Assembly (NCBI GenBank): GCA_043228905.1
Contig: JBHGNT010000014.1
Location: 15,438,001 to 15,502,000 of the forward strand
Direction: 5' to 3'
Length of the DNA stretch: 64,000 nt
DNA from: Azolla caroliniana
Taxonomy: Eukaryota > Plantae > Polypodiophyta
Shown here: piece after piece, positions 25,655-39,200 of the stretch
How positions within the stretch are numbered: position 1 is the first letter of the stretch
How the letters are laid out: every line of letters begins with the position of its first letter
The notes under the pieces: model-generated
The model's input: only the letters and a program-made list of their open reading frames with translations
Database searches by the model: none
Told to the model about the DNA's origin: nothing
Made by a program: the position numbers and the translations under genes

Positions 25655-28600
25655 TGTTGTCTCTGCTCGGAGATAACACCTACGATTACTTCTAAGGTAA
25701 TTGGGCCAAGGGGTCATGGTACGTAGTGGTGGACAAGGAACCTGGGATTGCACGGGTAATTGATTTCGAAAAAAATAGTCAGCCACAACCGGCCTGGTAA
25801 ATTGTACTTGAAATTAAGATAGCAAATCCAATTAACACAGATAGATGCTTGAACAGGTTAGACCCACAAAGATAGATATATTAATAGATTTAGATGCAAA
25901 GGTTACACGGTTCACGACTGGAGTTCTATTCTCATACAGTCAGATAGATAATAGTAATCTCCTCTAGACTACGGTATCACTCTCCCTCATTTTCTCTCTT
26001 ATCCTGCACCCTTTCCTGTTGCTTTGACTTGTCTTTTATAGCTTCCCGTTTCCTTGGGTGCGCTCCAATTACTTGTCTCATTTATGGCCTCCAATCTCGG
26101 TTGCATATATTTCGTTTACCTTCTTCATTCTCGACTGGTTCTTTTCCTCCTACCTATCTACTTGTTAGATTCTTTTCACACTTACTGCCTCTTTGTCCAA
26201 CGGATAACACCTGGCACGCTCGTGGGACAATGCCTTCACACGTCGAACCCAAAACTTGCAAAAAGTCGAAAGCAAGACATGCTATGTTACAATCATTCTT
26301 CTTCCAAAATGGCGAGGATGCCCTCGGGGTGTGGTCGTGTTGATGCTTATGGTGGTTGTTCTTCTGTGAGCTTGTTTGCATGCAACTCGGCTAATATATC
26401 CAACGGTTGGTCTTGAGTCTCCTTTGTGGATTCTGGAATCATTGCCTTTGGAAGTGGTTTGGTGATCGGTGCGTCCACTTGCTCGGTTTCTACTCGCAAC
26501 CATGGTTCCTCTTCTTCTGTCGGTGTCGGTGTGGATTCCTTGATTACATTGGCCATTGATGCCTGTGCAGTGGCTTCTTCTTCCTTTTCAATGAGGAGGC
26601 ATTCTCGTTCATAGCCTTCCACATCCAATCTCAACAACATTAGATCGTCATTGAATTCCTCAAGGAGGTGTCCGATCACTGTGGTGTGCGTTTGTGTCAA
26701 GGCGTGGAATTCCTCAGTGAGGTATTCGCGGAGGATTTGGATGCAGTTTTCATCCATTGTGTAGAAACCACGACCTTCTTTCTTTCGATTTTTGACGTCG
26801 GCTCGGAAAACTTGCAATTCAATTGCCTATGCCGACCATTCATGCCACCCTCGAGCAAGAGCCTCCTCGACCTTTTGATTAAGTTGCATTCGGTATTTGG
26901 CCACTATGGCTTAGATTCTTTCTTCACCCATTTCATATTTGGCTCGGAGGATGTTCAAGTCATTTTGTGCTTTCGTCGCGTCTCGTTCGAACTTGGCTTT
27001 GAGGATTGCACACGATGCCGTGACGTTCGCGAGTTGGACCTCCAGCCTTTGCGTATGCATGTCGTAGCGTCGGATAAGTCGATCTGAATTATTGGCTAAT
27101 TCTTGCCTATAATGGTTTTGTTGCCATTCGAGTTCGAGGGTCGTAGAGATTTTAAACTGGTGAAGGGATTCTGCCAATGACGCTCATTGCTTCTCAGTTT
27201 CTTCTAACTTCTGAAGGAACCAACTTGAGCGGAGTTGGAGTTCCAAAAGTTCAATTCTCAAGGAGTCCCTTTCTACGGAGTGTTGGCGAGATGCCCGTTG
27301 CTGTTCTTCCTCCAATTCTGCTAATTTTGCTGCTACGAGGTCCTGCATGGCTTTGAGAGTTGTTGCGGTGTTCTGTTATGTTGTCCGGAGCTGGGCCGTT
27401 CGAGCTTCAAGCAACTGTTGGAGGTCGGCTTCACATTTTGTTGCTTGTTCCTTCAGATGATCGACTTCGGCTTTAGCCGTCTCGTAATGCTCCTTGGCCT
27501 TGTCCACCATCGCCGTTTGGGCCGCGAGCTCCTCTTCATAGTTGCGGTTTGGGCCTTCTGACATAACTGAGTCGGTGGGCTCGTCGATACATAGGCTCGT
27601 GGGGGTTGGTCATATCCATTTGGATCGACGCATCGACGAGGTTGGACATCGGGGGTGGTCCGGTGAGGAGGTTGGGTTCGCCTCTTTCGTGGAGCCGTTG
27701 TTGAAGCTCAGTCAAGCGGTATTTCGAGGCCTGCCATAACTCCGTGGCCATTTTCGCTTGCTTGTGTGCCTGTTTGCTGCTGACAACCATGTGTTTGGCC
27801 GCGTGGGTAGTTTTTGCCAATTCGCGGTAAACTTCAACCAACGCCGTGTTGAGCTCGGGCAGCTCGATGCATGTGCGACGTTTTTTGGTGACGCGTCGTC
27901 GGCTGACTTTTTGTAACTTTGGCTCGTCATCGGATTTGAGCTCGTTTACCAACGCTTGCTTGACCATTTGTTGCTCAACGTGATCTTGAGCCATTTGGGA
28001 TGCAACTGCAACTTGGAGGTGAGCAAGGAAATCTATAAGCTCGTATGATGTGCCATGTTGCAAAACTGCACTGAGCTCATAAGATTCCACCGTGAAGTCC
28101 TTGAAGGTCAGAACTTCCTCCTCTGAGAATCGGGAATGTTGCCCTTGCTTGGTATGTTCGGTTAGGGCTAAAGTTTTATCGGTAACAACTGCGACTACCT
28201 TATCCGGCAGTACGACCAGCTGCCGGTCTTCGACCGAGGAGTCCTCGATAGTCTGTTCTTCGCTACGAAGATGGAGCCGGCCGCGCTTCTTGGCGGGGCT
28301 CGTCTTTGGTGCCGCGAGTTCGTGACAAGGTCGCTTTATTTGCTGTACCGTTGACCGACTAGTACCTGCAACGGTCTTCCGTGTGTCTTCCCGGTGTTTG
28401 GGGCGCGGACTGGGCAAGGGTCATGGGGAAGATACTGTAGAAAGTAGCGTGCGGAAGCAGGTATGAAGACAGAACAGAGGAAGGAAACACAGGTTTAATG
28501 GAGAGCTTGAGCTTACACGGTATATGCAGGAGAGACAGAGAGAGAGAACACAAAAAACTATATTTCACAATAATACTCAATCTCAATGTACATAAGACGT

Positions 28601-31292
28601 GCTCAATGAGCACTTTTATACAAGTCCTAAAAGGACTGACCGAAGTACTGACAGTAGTTCAATGCTCATCAAGAGCCCCTACACTAACTCCCAAATATAT
28701 TCCTCACAGAATATCTTTCCTAACGACCTCCTGGTTTACGCACTCGGCCTGACCGATCGGTCCCAACCGATCCGGTCCTCGGCTTCTTCAGCCGATCCGG
28801 CCGATGTTGAGCTTGTCTCTCAACAGATATGATTGATGCGGCGGGTTTTGGTTTTTCGCTCCTCGGATGATGATGTTGTCTGTGGCGTCCTGGGTTTTTG
28901 GCTCGGGACTTGACCGTGGTGAGGTAGGGGTGCAGACCGGTGTGTCATCTTCCTATTCTTCCTGGGCTAGCTCTATAGTTCGTTGCTTTTTCGCCTAGGT
29001 GGTTTGGGTGGGGAGAGCAAAGGGTCGGCGGGGTGTTGCCATGGTTTGGGGGCGCTAACGCATGGGTAAGGGATGTACTAAGGCATGCAAGAATCGTTTA
29101 CTTGTTTGAAAAGTTGATATTGCGGCATGAATTCCTTCCCCGGTTATGATGCCCCAATTGATGGCGCTGCCTCGGTATGCCATGATGATGAGGCCAACCT
29201 TCTTCTTGGTCATGTTGTACGCGTTTGCATGTACACAGATGAATTCTAGGAGGAAATGGGCCAGATTACTGAAAAACTCATTGGGCCCCCCATGTGCGCG
29301 ATGGGTGTTTGCAGACGCCGAGTACTCCCCGAAATGTTGAGGCGTAGCCTCGATTTCATGTTCAGGTTTGGGAGTGAGAGAGCATATGAGATGAAGGCGA
29401 GAGAGCTTGAATACTTTGAGCGTTTCTGTAGAAGTGAGGGCTTCGCTTGTGGCGCCTCCTTTTTTGTATGTGCCTTGGTTCTCGAGACGTGGCCTTGTGC
29501 CATAGATTAAGAATCTTCCCTGCCATACTGGGAGTTAAGGGCCACGCGTCGTATGAACCATTTGTACTTTCTTTCTCGTATGTCGTGCATGGTCTTTAAA
29601 TAGCGTGTGGGTCTCTCTTTCTTTTTCAAAATCATAGTATACAATTTCGGACAGTAGGTAGGGTAATTACCGTGATTGGGGCGAGGTGCCCCCGAAATCT
29701 TTTGTTGTACCTACCACAGGCCGGTCCCGACTGTGCTGGTGACCCCTGGTGATCAGCGAAGGGATTGGTTGGCGTCGGGCCTAGGTATGGCTTTAATTGA
29801 AATCCGTTAACCCAAGTTTGCAAGACTTCCCCTGCTAAAGTGTCGAGCTGGAACATTCCGTTGAATTCGTCGATAATATAGAAGGGTCCCGTCCACTGGA
29901 AATGAAGTTTCCTTGCATTGAACCGAGCCGAGTTTGGAACACGAGGACCGGTTTCCCTATCTCTAATGATTTTTCGGATCCTCACCGATGTCAATCCACA
30001 AAAGCTTTCCTTTGCCGCTGCCCATGTTCCAATTGTGCGAGACTGGTAATACGATCTTCTCCGAGCTCGAGTAACTGTTCGAGCCATTTTTGTTCAGACT
30101 CAGACTCAGAAAGACGTTTGGTTACTTGAACATGTAAACTCGACTCTTGAAACTCAATGGGCATAATTGCTTCCAACTTGAAAGCCATTCAAAAGGGAGT
30201 AGATCAGATACTTGTTTTGAACGTTGTAAGATATGCCCATAGTGCACTGTACAGTTTATCATCCCAATCGGTTCGATTCTCGTTCACGATTTTCTTGAGG
30301 ATGTTTTGTAAGGTCTTGTTCATTGACTCAGCTAGCCCATTTGCTTGAGGGTAGTAAGGTGTGCTTTTCTTATATACGACCGCATAATGGGTGGTAAGAT
30401 TGTGGACTAGACGATTGAGAAAGTGACCTCCTTGGTCGCTTACGAGCTCAATTGGACAGCCAAATCAACACCATAGATATTCATACACGAACTTGGTGGT
30501 AGACATGGCCGTGTTGTCGTGTAGCGCCTTTGCTTCGACCCATTTCGTGCAATAGTCGGTAGCCACAATTATGTACTTATTGCCAGTTTGGGCCGCGACT
30601 GGTTTAAATGAACCGACAAAATCCAGTCCCCACTTCTGGAAAGGTTCTAATGGAAGGACTGGTTGGTGAGGCATACATGCTTGTTCGGTGGGTTGGCCCA
30701 TTCGCTGACATAAGTCGCATTGTTTGCAGAATTCCTGAGCATCCTTCTTTGTTGGGGACACCACAACCCACTTTGCCAAATTTTCCGAGCCGTGGCATCG
30801 TTAACATAGTGACCGTTGGCTATCCCGTGATGTGCTTCCCGTAGGATCACATCCTTTTCGAATTGGTATACCGCATGATGCCAGATGCCGTCCGAGCCAT
30901 TGTGGTATAGGGTGTGTGTGAAAAGGCAAAAATTTTGGCTACAAACTGCCAACCGTTTCTTGGCATCTAGGGTCAAATTTTCAAGTGGGAGGCCGGTGCT
31001 GAGGAAGTGTGCCATCTTGTTTATCCAGTCATCCTCACTATTGGCCAATGGTGTGGCTATGTTTAACCCGAAAAGGTTGGCGTCAGGTAGTTCATCGTGT
31101 GGTGGCTGGTTCCCCCGATTCGAGCTAGCTCAAGTAATCTACGACCGCATGTTGTACCCCTGGTCGATGTTGTATGTCGAATTCGAATTCTTGGAGGAGC
31201 AACATCCATCATGCCAGTCGATCGGTTAGTGCCTGCTTATTTACGAGATAGAGTAGCACCGAGTGATCCATGTGGAACGTAAATTTTATTTC
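25655..31292 (-). mobile_element. 5'-truncated non-chromovirus Ty3/gypsy (Athila/Tat-type): RH end, integrase, extra ORFs, putative 3' LTR
   Basis: Integrase ILREAHHG...[42 protein letters not shown] (~29700-31050); decayed extra ORFs 26282-29580; putative LTR ~25655-26230 starting TGTTG (right end uncertain). Confidence 0.75.
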
Positions 31293-34200
31293 TTCAATAT
31301 CCCCCAAATAGAATTTAGGTGTAAGACCTGTTAGAAATATTGAGAATCGATTAGATAGGAATATAGAGTTACAACCACATAGATGGATATATCAAAACAA
31401 AACCTCTATTACATATGAGAGTACCTCACAATGGTAGTTCACCCATGCACTCACACCTTAGAGCTTAGATGGGATCTGGACCAACTCACTACAAAATTAG
31501 TGGGGACTGATGATCAATACACCATTGTGTAAGAGAGTGGATTATATTCTCTGTTTGGTTTGAGTGTAACATTAAATGTGCATATCAGTTGATAGTAGTG
31601 GAGATATTCCTTTTCTGTCAACTGACTTGTCATTTAATATGACCCAACTCCCTAGATACAGGCTACTGCTAGATAGTACTTATCTTGAAGTCAATGGCAC
31701 ATACTTCAAGACTAAGTACATTGTAACTTGCCCACAAAATATTCTAGTTGACTTGATTAGCCAATCCTATTACCTATTTCGCTATTTCCTAAATCCATTG
31801 TGTCCTACGCATCTACGATTTCCTAGATTAACACCTTATCGACCCATATGGTCGAGTTGCACACTAGCCGCTACTCATTTGGGGCGCTATCACAAAATGT
31901 GCACTCTAAGAGCACATATGGGGATAGATTTACAACTTGGGGCTGATCATTGATTATATCTAACACGCCCCCTCAATGGTCAACCCATTGAGTTCACTTG
32001 GAATTGGGCCAACTCCTAGTCGTCGAAGGTGTTGTTGTAGCTGTTCTGCTCCAAGCGCCTTTGTGAAGATATCCGCAACATTTTCTGATGTCGGACAATA
32101 CTCAAGCTCCACAGTCTCATCATTTATTAGCTCCCGCACATAGTGATACTAAATCTTTGTGTTTAGTACGTGCATGAAATACGGGGTTCTTGGCAATGGC
32201 CATGCAACTCTAATTGTCACACCTCAATACTGTTGTCATCCTTATTGGAACCACCACATCCATAAGGATTCTTCTTAGCCAAACTACCTCGCATGCCGCT
32301 ATGCATGCGGCTTTGTATTCTGCCTCCGTTGAAGATAGTGCCACTGTTGGTTGTTTTTTACTACTCCATGAAACAGCTCCAGAGCCTATTGAAAAACAAT
32401 ATCCAGAAATTGATTTTCTGGAATCACTATCTCCAGCCCAGTCGGAGTCGCAATATCCACTAAGTTCATCAATTGTTGGCTTGTAGAAGATTCCGTAAGT
32501 TAAAGTACCCACAATATACTTTAATACACATTGTGCAACTTTCAAATGAGTCTCCTTTGGCATGTTGCTGAATCGACTCACCACACCAATTGTAAAACAA
32601 ATATCTGGCCTAGTGTTGCATAGGAAAATTAGACTTCCTACTAGTTGTCTATACTTCCTTATGTCCACCATTGGTGACGGGTCTTCTTGGGATCGCTTGC
32701 AGTTTGACTCCATTGGAGTCGACTTCGACTTGTTGTCCATTATCCCAAAGGTCTTCAAGATCTCTGTTGCGTACTTTCTTTGTGACATGAAGATGCCAAC
32801 TGAGGTTTGCCAAACCTCAATTCCAAGGAAGTAGTGTAAAATCCCCAAGTCTGTCATTTCAAACTCAATTTTCAAACACTCTTGTGTTTGACCAATACAC
32901 TCTTCATGGTCACCAGTAAGTACTAGATCATCCACGTAAATGATTGATGACTTGTTTCCTGTCCTTCATTTTGACATACATACTTGCATCCAAAGCACAT
33001 TGCTTAAAGTCAATTGATTGTAAGAAGTTGTCTATTCTCTTGTTCCAAGCTCTCGGTGCTTGCTTTAGACCATACACTGCCTTCTTTAGCTTGCAGACTT
33101 TGTTTTCTGAATTCAACATCTCAAACCCTGGTGGTTGTGTCACACAAGTTGCATAGACAACTTATGTGTCAATTGAAGAACACACTTCTTCAGTTGTGAC
33201 CCATAACTCAAGCTCATCTACGACATTGTTGGCGGACTCGGGCTCTCTCCAAGAAGTCTTACTAGAATCATTCTTCTCATCTGCCATCTTCTTCCGACAA
33301 TCCTTGATTGTCTGACCCTTCTTGTCACAGTAGAAACACGATCCATTGAATTTCTTCTTCTTTGGTATCCTATTCACATTGTTTGAATTGGATGCCCCTT
33401 TACCCTTAGTCCTAGAGACAAATGTTGAATCTTCCCTTCCTTCTCTTGTCTTCAACCGAAGCTCCTCCTGAAGCAGCGTTGCACTTAGTTCATCAAATTT
33501 AAAAGGAGTGGGTCGAACCTGAGTGACATTCAATGTTGTTACAATGCCATCATACTTGGAAGGAAGTACTCGAATGCAACGATGAGCCATATCCTTTGGA
33601 GAGACAACTACTCCAACAGCTGCTAGCTGATCTTGAAAATCCTTAATCCTTTTTACAAAGCATTCTACTTTCTCTCCATCGGCAAGCTTCTCTGCAGCAA
33701 GCTGATTTTCGAGGTTTTGTATCCTTATATAGTTTCTGGTTTCATACTAGCTGGCCAATATGCTCCAAGCTTCATGGGCCTTGGTTGTATGTTGCACTAA
33801 TGTTAGTACAGAGTCACATACACCAGTGACTATGGTACATAACGCATCAACATTCCTTCTCTTCCAGACTCGAAGTAGATCAACATTTGGAGGGATTGAT
33901 GTGGTAGGGTGTGCAGGGTCAAAGGTCCCCATGGGCTCCGAGTCTCCTCCTGTGGGTCCCATGATTGTCTCCAACAACTCGTAGGAGTCCAAAATGGCAG
34001 ACATTTTGAACTTCCATAGAGTGTAGTTGGTTCCATCTAGCTTTCCATCAAACAATGGAGGTGGTCGAATGTGCAGTGGAGCAGCTGCAACATTCGTGGA
34101 CAAGGCCATTGATACACACACTCTCTCTATTTCTTTGTGCTACTAGACAACAACTACCCGTATATACCTAATCTAGATCAACCTGTCAGCTCTGATACCA

Positions 34201-34992
34201 TGTCAGAAATATTGAGAATCGATTAGATAGGTATATAGAGTTACAACCACATAGATGGATATATGAAAACAAAACCTCTATTACATATGAGAGTACCTCA
34301 CAATGGTAGTTCACCCATGCACTCACACCTTAGAGCTTAGATGGGATCTGGACCAACTCATTACAAAATTAGTGGGGACCGATGATCAATACACCACTGT
34401 GTAAGAGAGTGGATTATATTCTCTATTTGGTCTGAGTGTAACATTAAATGTGCATATCAGTTGATAGTAGTGGAGATATTCCTTTTCTTTCAACTGACTT
34501 GTCATTTAATATGACCCAACTCCCTAGATACAGGCTAGTGCTCAGTGTTGCCTTTTGACGGCTGTTTTGAACATTTTTGGCAAATTTAACCGTATATGAA
34601 GGTTAATTTAAAAATGAAACCGTCAATCTTGATGGGCATATGTTTTATGAAAACGTAAAAATGAAGGCTTAAAATTTCCTAATACCGTCAAACTTTACTA
34701 AGACCAATACAATAGTATTATAGTTCTAGCATCTGGGAACAATGTTAATGTTCTGGTTGTATTGGGACTTTATATAGTTTCCTAATGTTTCTCTAGACTC
34801 TAGACTCTAAATTATGAATCTCCTCTTCCCTAATTTCCCCCCCTTTCCCCCTTTTCCCCTTGTTTGTTCGTTCCTCCCTTAGCCCTGCACCTTGCTGGAA
34901 GCTCGCTGCTCACTATCCCTACTCGAAGCTTGTTGCTCGTTGCCTGCTACTCATAGATTCAGCAACATCTCCTGCTCACCCATCTAAGGTAG

Positions 34993-35031
<39 letters not shown>

Positions 35032-35191
35032 CTCTTTAAGATTAAAATAGACTAAACCATCCTCATTGAAGATTTCATAAAATTCCATTGCCATGGACAC
35101 CACTTACAAAGCATATAGGTGATACTTACAAAGCACATTCCATTTGGTGTCAAGTTTGTTTTTTTAACTAGTTTTTCTCCCTCATTTTCAG

Positions 35192-35463
35192 TCGCAAAGA
35201 AGAGGTTTTGAATGCTAAGAAGAAGAATTCGGAGAAAGATTTGCTTCCAAGAAACATGTCAGATATAAATACACATATCCACACACATAAATGTAAATAT
35301 TTATCTCCAAGAAACATGTATAAATCAGAGAACTTCTTTGGGAATACTTTGCTGCAGATTGAATATATCGTCAACGTTGTTTTCCAAATACAACACAACT
35401 TTAGGTCCTCCTTACCAAGTTCTTGTGGACACCAATTTCATCAATTTCTCCATTCAAAATAAA
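35192..35463 (+). pseudogene. FCF1: Captured two-exon fragment of rRNA-processing PIN protein FCF1/Utp24
   Basis: Exons 35192-35257 and 35358-35463 with intact AG/GT sites and matching phase, encoding RKEEVLNAKKKNSEKDLLPRNI-LNISSTLFSKYNTTLGPPYQVLVDTNFINFSIQNK, the FCF1 signature. Confidence 0.88.
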
Positions 35464-36299
35464 GTAAGTATCTTTCATGTTGTCTTGGTTTTAAGTGTGT
35501 TATGGGGCATTTCATGCTTAAGTCAATCTTTCAAATAAATAATTCCATTATGGCATAAAACCTGTGTGTCTAGAGAGGCAGATAAATGATGATATATTAA
35601 AACAACACACAAGGCCAACTGTGAGTCTTTCATAATGGTTGCTGACATGTGGGACCAGAAATCATTACAAAATCACTCTCCCTAGCTGCATAGGTGGTGG
35701 ATTTAAAAATGGTGGAATGTAAGGAAAATGAAAAGCTGTAATAGAAAACTAGGCAAGTGGCTGAAATTCATTATTTTGATCGTCCACAAGATTTTGGTTC
35801 TATGGTTGAGTACATGAGCGAATGGAATGACTATTGGATGGCGTGAGTGATGGCTACATTCTTGCTATAAGAAGGTAGTGAAATTCAAGGCAACAATGAG
35901 CCATTTCTCATGTGGCAACAATGAGCCATTTGAAGGCATTGTTCTTGCTTTCAATATGTACTTGTAAACTCTTTGAAGGGCATAAACGCCTATTGAAATT
36001 GTTGTTGATGGTGAGGTCATAGACGAGGAGTGCAAAATGGTGTGACAACGGCTTCAGCTTGTGATAAGGGGAGGTGGGAGAGGCGTGATTAAGGATAAGG
36101 GATGGGAATTAATTGCTAATATTAGGGCTAAATGGAAGATTAATAATAAATTAAGATTAAAACATACACCTAAATCTATCTAAATCTACCTACAAGAAAC
36201 TAGGGGGAGGGAAGATGGGGTTAGTTAATGACAAGATTAAAAATAATTAAATGAAACATGATTATAACAATAAACATCGTAGCCTATTTTGAGAGACGG

Positions 36300-39200
36300 G
36301 AAGAGATAACATAGTAGTTACTAATTATAAATTAAGAGAGAGAGAGAGAGAGTGAGAGATTAGGGAGGAGATTCCACACTAATTATTAATTAAAAATTAA
36401 AAGAGAGAGAGGAGAAGAGAGGGAGATTAAGGAGGAGATTACAAACTATTGACTTAATTAAAAATTACAAGAGAGGGAGAGAGACTAAGGAGAGATTACA
36501 TACTAATTACTTAGTTAAAAATGGTCAGGAATAGTACTAAGACAGAGAAGGAATTAGTACTAAAAGAAGTATTAGTACTAAGAGAGATGAAGAACTCTCA
36601 AGAGAAGGAAAGAGTGAGTGACAGGGAGGGAGGGAGGGAGGGAGAGAGAGTGATGATAAGAAAAGATATATATTATGTGAAGAGAATGTAAAGTAGTAGG
36701 TAGGAGGCTTAAGATTGGCGTTGAACCGATTTGGTTCGAAATAATGCCTTGTGCCTCCTTTTATAATGTTCTAAGGAATACTCCTGAAGTTTCTAGAATG
36801 TTCCAGAGAAATCTGGAATATTCATCAATTTTCTATAATAAAACATAAATAAAAATAATATTCTACACATTATAATGTATGGTCTAATGGTCAAGAGCTC
36901 GACCCATGTAGCATAAGGTCATGGGTTCGAGTCTTGCCATATCATGACATTATCCCCTTTTTAAAACGATGAGTGTCACGAGTCATTTTGGATTGAGGAC
37001 CTGGTTTGTCTGGATATTGACGATGGAAGTCTTCAAGAAGAGCACGAGCATTGGTCACATTCTCTATCAGTTACCAAGTACGCTCGTTGGGACTATATCC
37101 TAGCCAATCGACTAGATAGTAGAGCTTGTTGCGAACAATCTTGGAATCAAGGATGGCGGCAATCTCGTACTTAGGTCCATCTTCAAGCTCGATCTGGGGT
37201 GGAGGCTGTGTAATACGTCCTAGGATGGTGTTCTCTTGATAGGGTTCGAGGAGAGAACTATGAAACACCGGATGTATCCGAAGTTGCGGAGGTAGATCGA
37301 GACAAAAAGCGACATCATTAATCTTTCCTATAATATGGAAAGGACCTAATCACTGATAATCCAACTTCTCGCATGGGCGAGTAGTCTTGATGTGTCGTCG
37401 TAGTAGCCACACCTGATCTCCAATGTTAAAACTGGATGGAAGTCGATGACGATCCGCATAAACCTTGTGTGTTTGTTGAACTTGTTGGAGATGAGTAGAT
37501 AAATCGGCTTGTATCTTGCGTAACCGCTTTAAACGATCCTCTGCGCAAGGATTTGTGGACAACTCTGGGGTTTCAAATACACACTACCGGGGGTGAGAAC
37601 CCGTATAAGCATAAAATGGCGTAACTTTAGTCGATGCGTGGATAGAGTTATTGTAGGCAAATTCGGCGAAGTGGAGAATATCTACCCAGTCATCTTGATG
37701 ATAGCTTAGAAAGCACCAAAGATACTGCTCCAGTGTTTGATTTGTTCGTTCTACTTGGCCATCCGTTTGTGGGTGGTAGCCGGAGGAGAGGTTACACATG
37801 ACCTTGAGCATTTTAAAAAGGTGCTTCCAGAATTTCGATACGAACTAGGGTCCACGGTCGCTGATGATACTATCGGGAAGGCCATGATGTCGACATACTT
37901 CACGCATGACAATTTCAGCGGTTTCTTCACTGGATATTTCCTTAGTACATGGCAAGAAATGAGCCATCTTCGTATATCGATCTACGACTGTTAGAATCGC
38001 ATTAAACCCCTTAGAGTCTGGAAGATCTGTGATGAAGTCTAGAGCAATGGATTGCCACGACTTGCTTGGAATTGGTAATGGTTCTAATAAACCATATGGA
38101 TGATGCCTTGGCATTTTTGCTCTGCAACATGTATCACAAGTCCGGACAAAATCTTCAACAAATTGTTGCATACGGGGCCACCAAAATGATCGTTGTACTA
38201 AATCTAATGTTTTAGTACTACCTAAATGCCTAGTTGTATAAGTGTCATGAAAGTTTTGGACTACTCGAAGGCGGAAAGAACCATTAGGAACATACAAGAG
38301 TTCATTAAAGAATAGTAATCCATCATGGTATTTGAATTGCCAATAGTCCGTACCTGGTGGTTGTGACTGTGAACAAGATGCTCGAGAGGGATCGATTTGT
38401 GCTAGAATGACTTGGGCGAAAGCATCGGTCTTCAAGTCCTCATGTATAGTATCGATAACGTGGGAATCCATTGGCATGCCAAAGACCTGTGTTGCTTGCA
38501 GTCGTGTCGGTCCCAAGATTACTTGCTTTTGGTTATCAAAAGCTAGCTCGCCGGGACGCGGTGCTAGGTACAAACGCTGTGATAATGCATCTGCCTTCCC
38601 TTGGTGCTTCCCCGGACGATATGTAATTTTGAAGTCGAAACGCATGAGGAAGTGGGCCCACCGAGCTTGATGTCGATTTAACACACGAGCGTCCTGAAAG
38701 TAGGCAAGGTTTTTGTGGTCACTGAATACGGTGACTTGATGAGAGGATCCCTCTAGAAAATGCCTCCATTGCGTAAAAGAGTCCACTATTGCCAATAGCT
38801 CCTTATCATGAATTTTGTAGTTGATTTCGGCGGCGTCAAACTTGCGTGAGTGAAAAGCCACAGGATGTAGCTTCTCATCATTACCCTGTTGTGACAGAAT
38901 GCTCCCCAATGCGAAATCCGATGCGTCTGCTTCGATAATGAATGGTTTTTCTGGATTGACATGAGCTAGAATTGGAGCCGATGTAAATGCCTTTTTAAGA
39001 CTTTCGAAAGCCATGGCTGCTTCTTTAGACCAAACAAACGATTGTCCCTTCCTGGTAAGTTGTGTGAGAGGCAAAATGAGCTTTGAGTAATCCTATATGA
39101 ACTTCCGGTAAAAATTGGCAAAGCCTAAAAAGCATTGCACATCTCTCACCGAACGCGGAGTCTGCCACTCTACCACAATTTTGACCTTAGCTTGGTCCAT

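Noticed and set aside
36873-36945. Functional tRNA gene
   Set aside because: A and B boxes are present but acceptor, anticodon and T stems do not pair properly; it is duplicated as part of LTRs.
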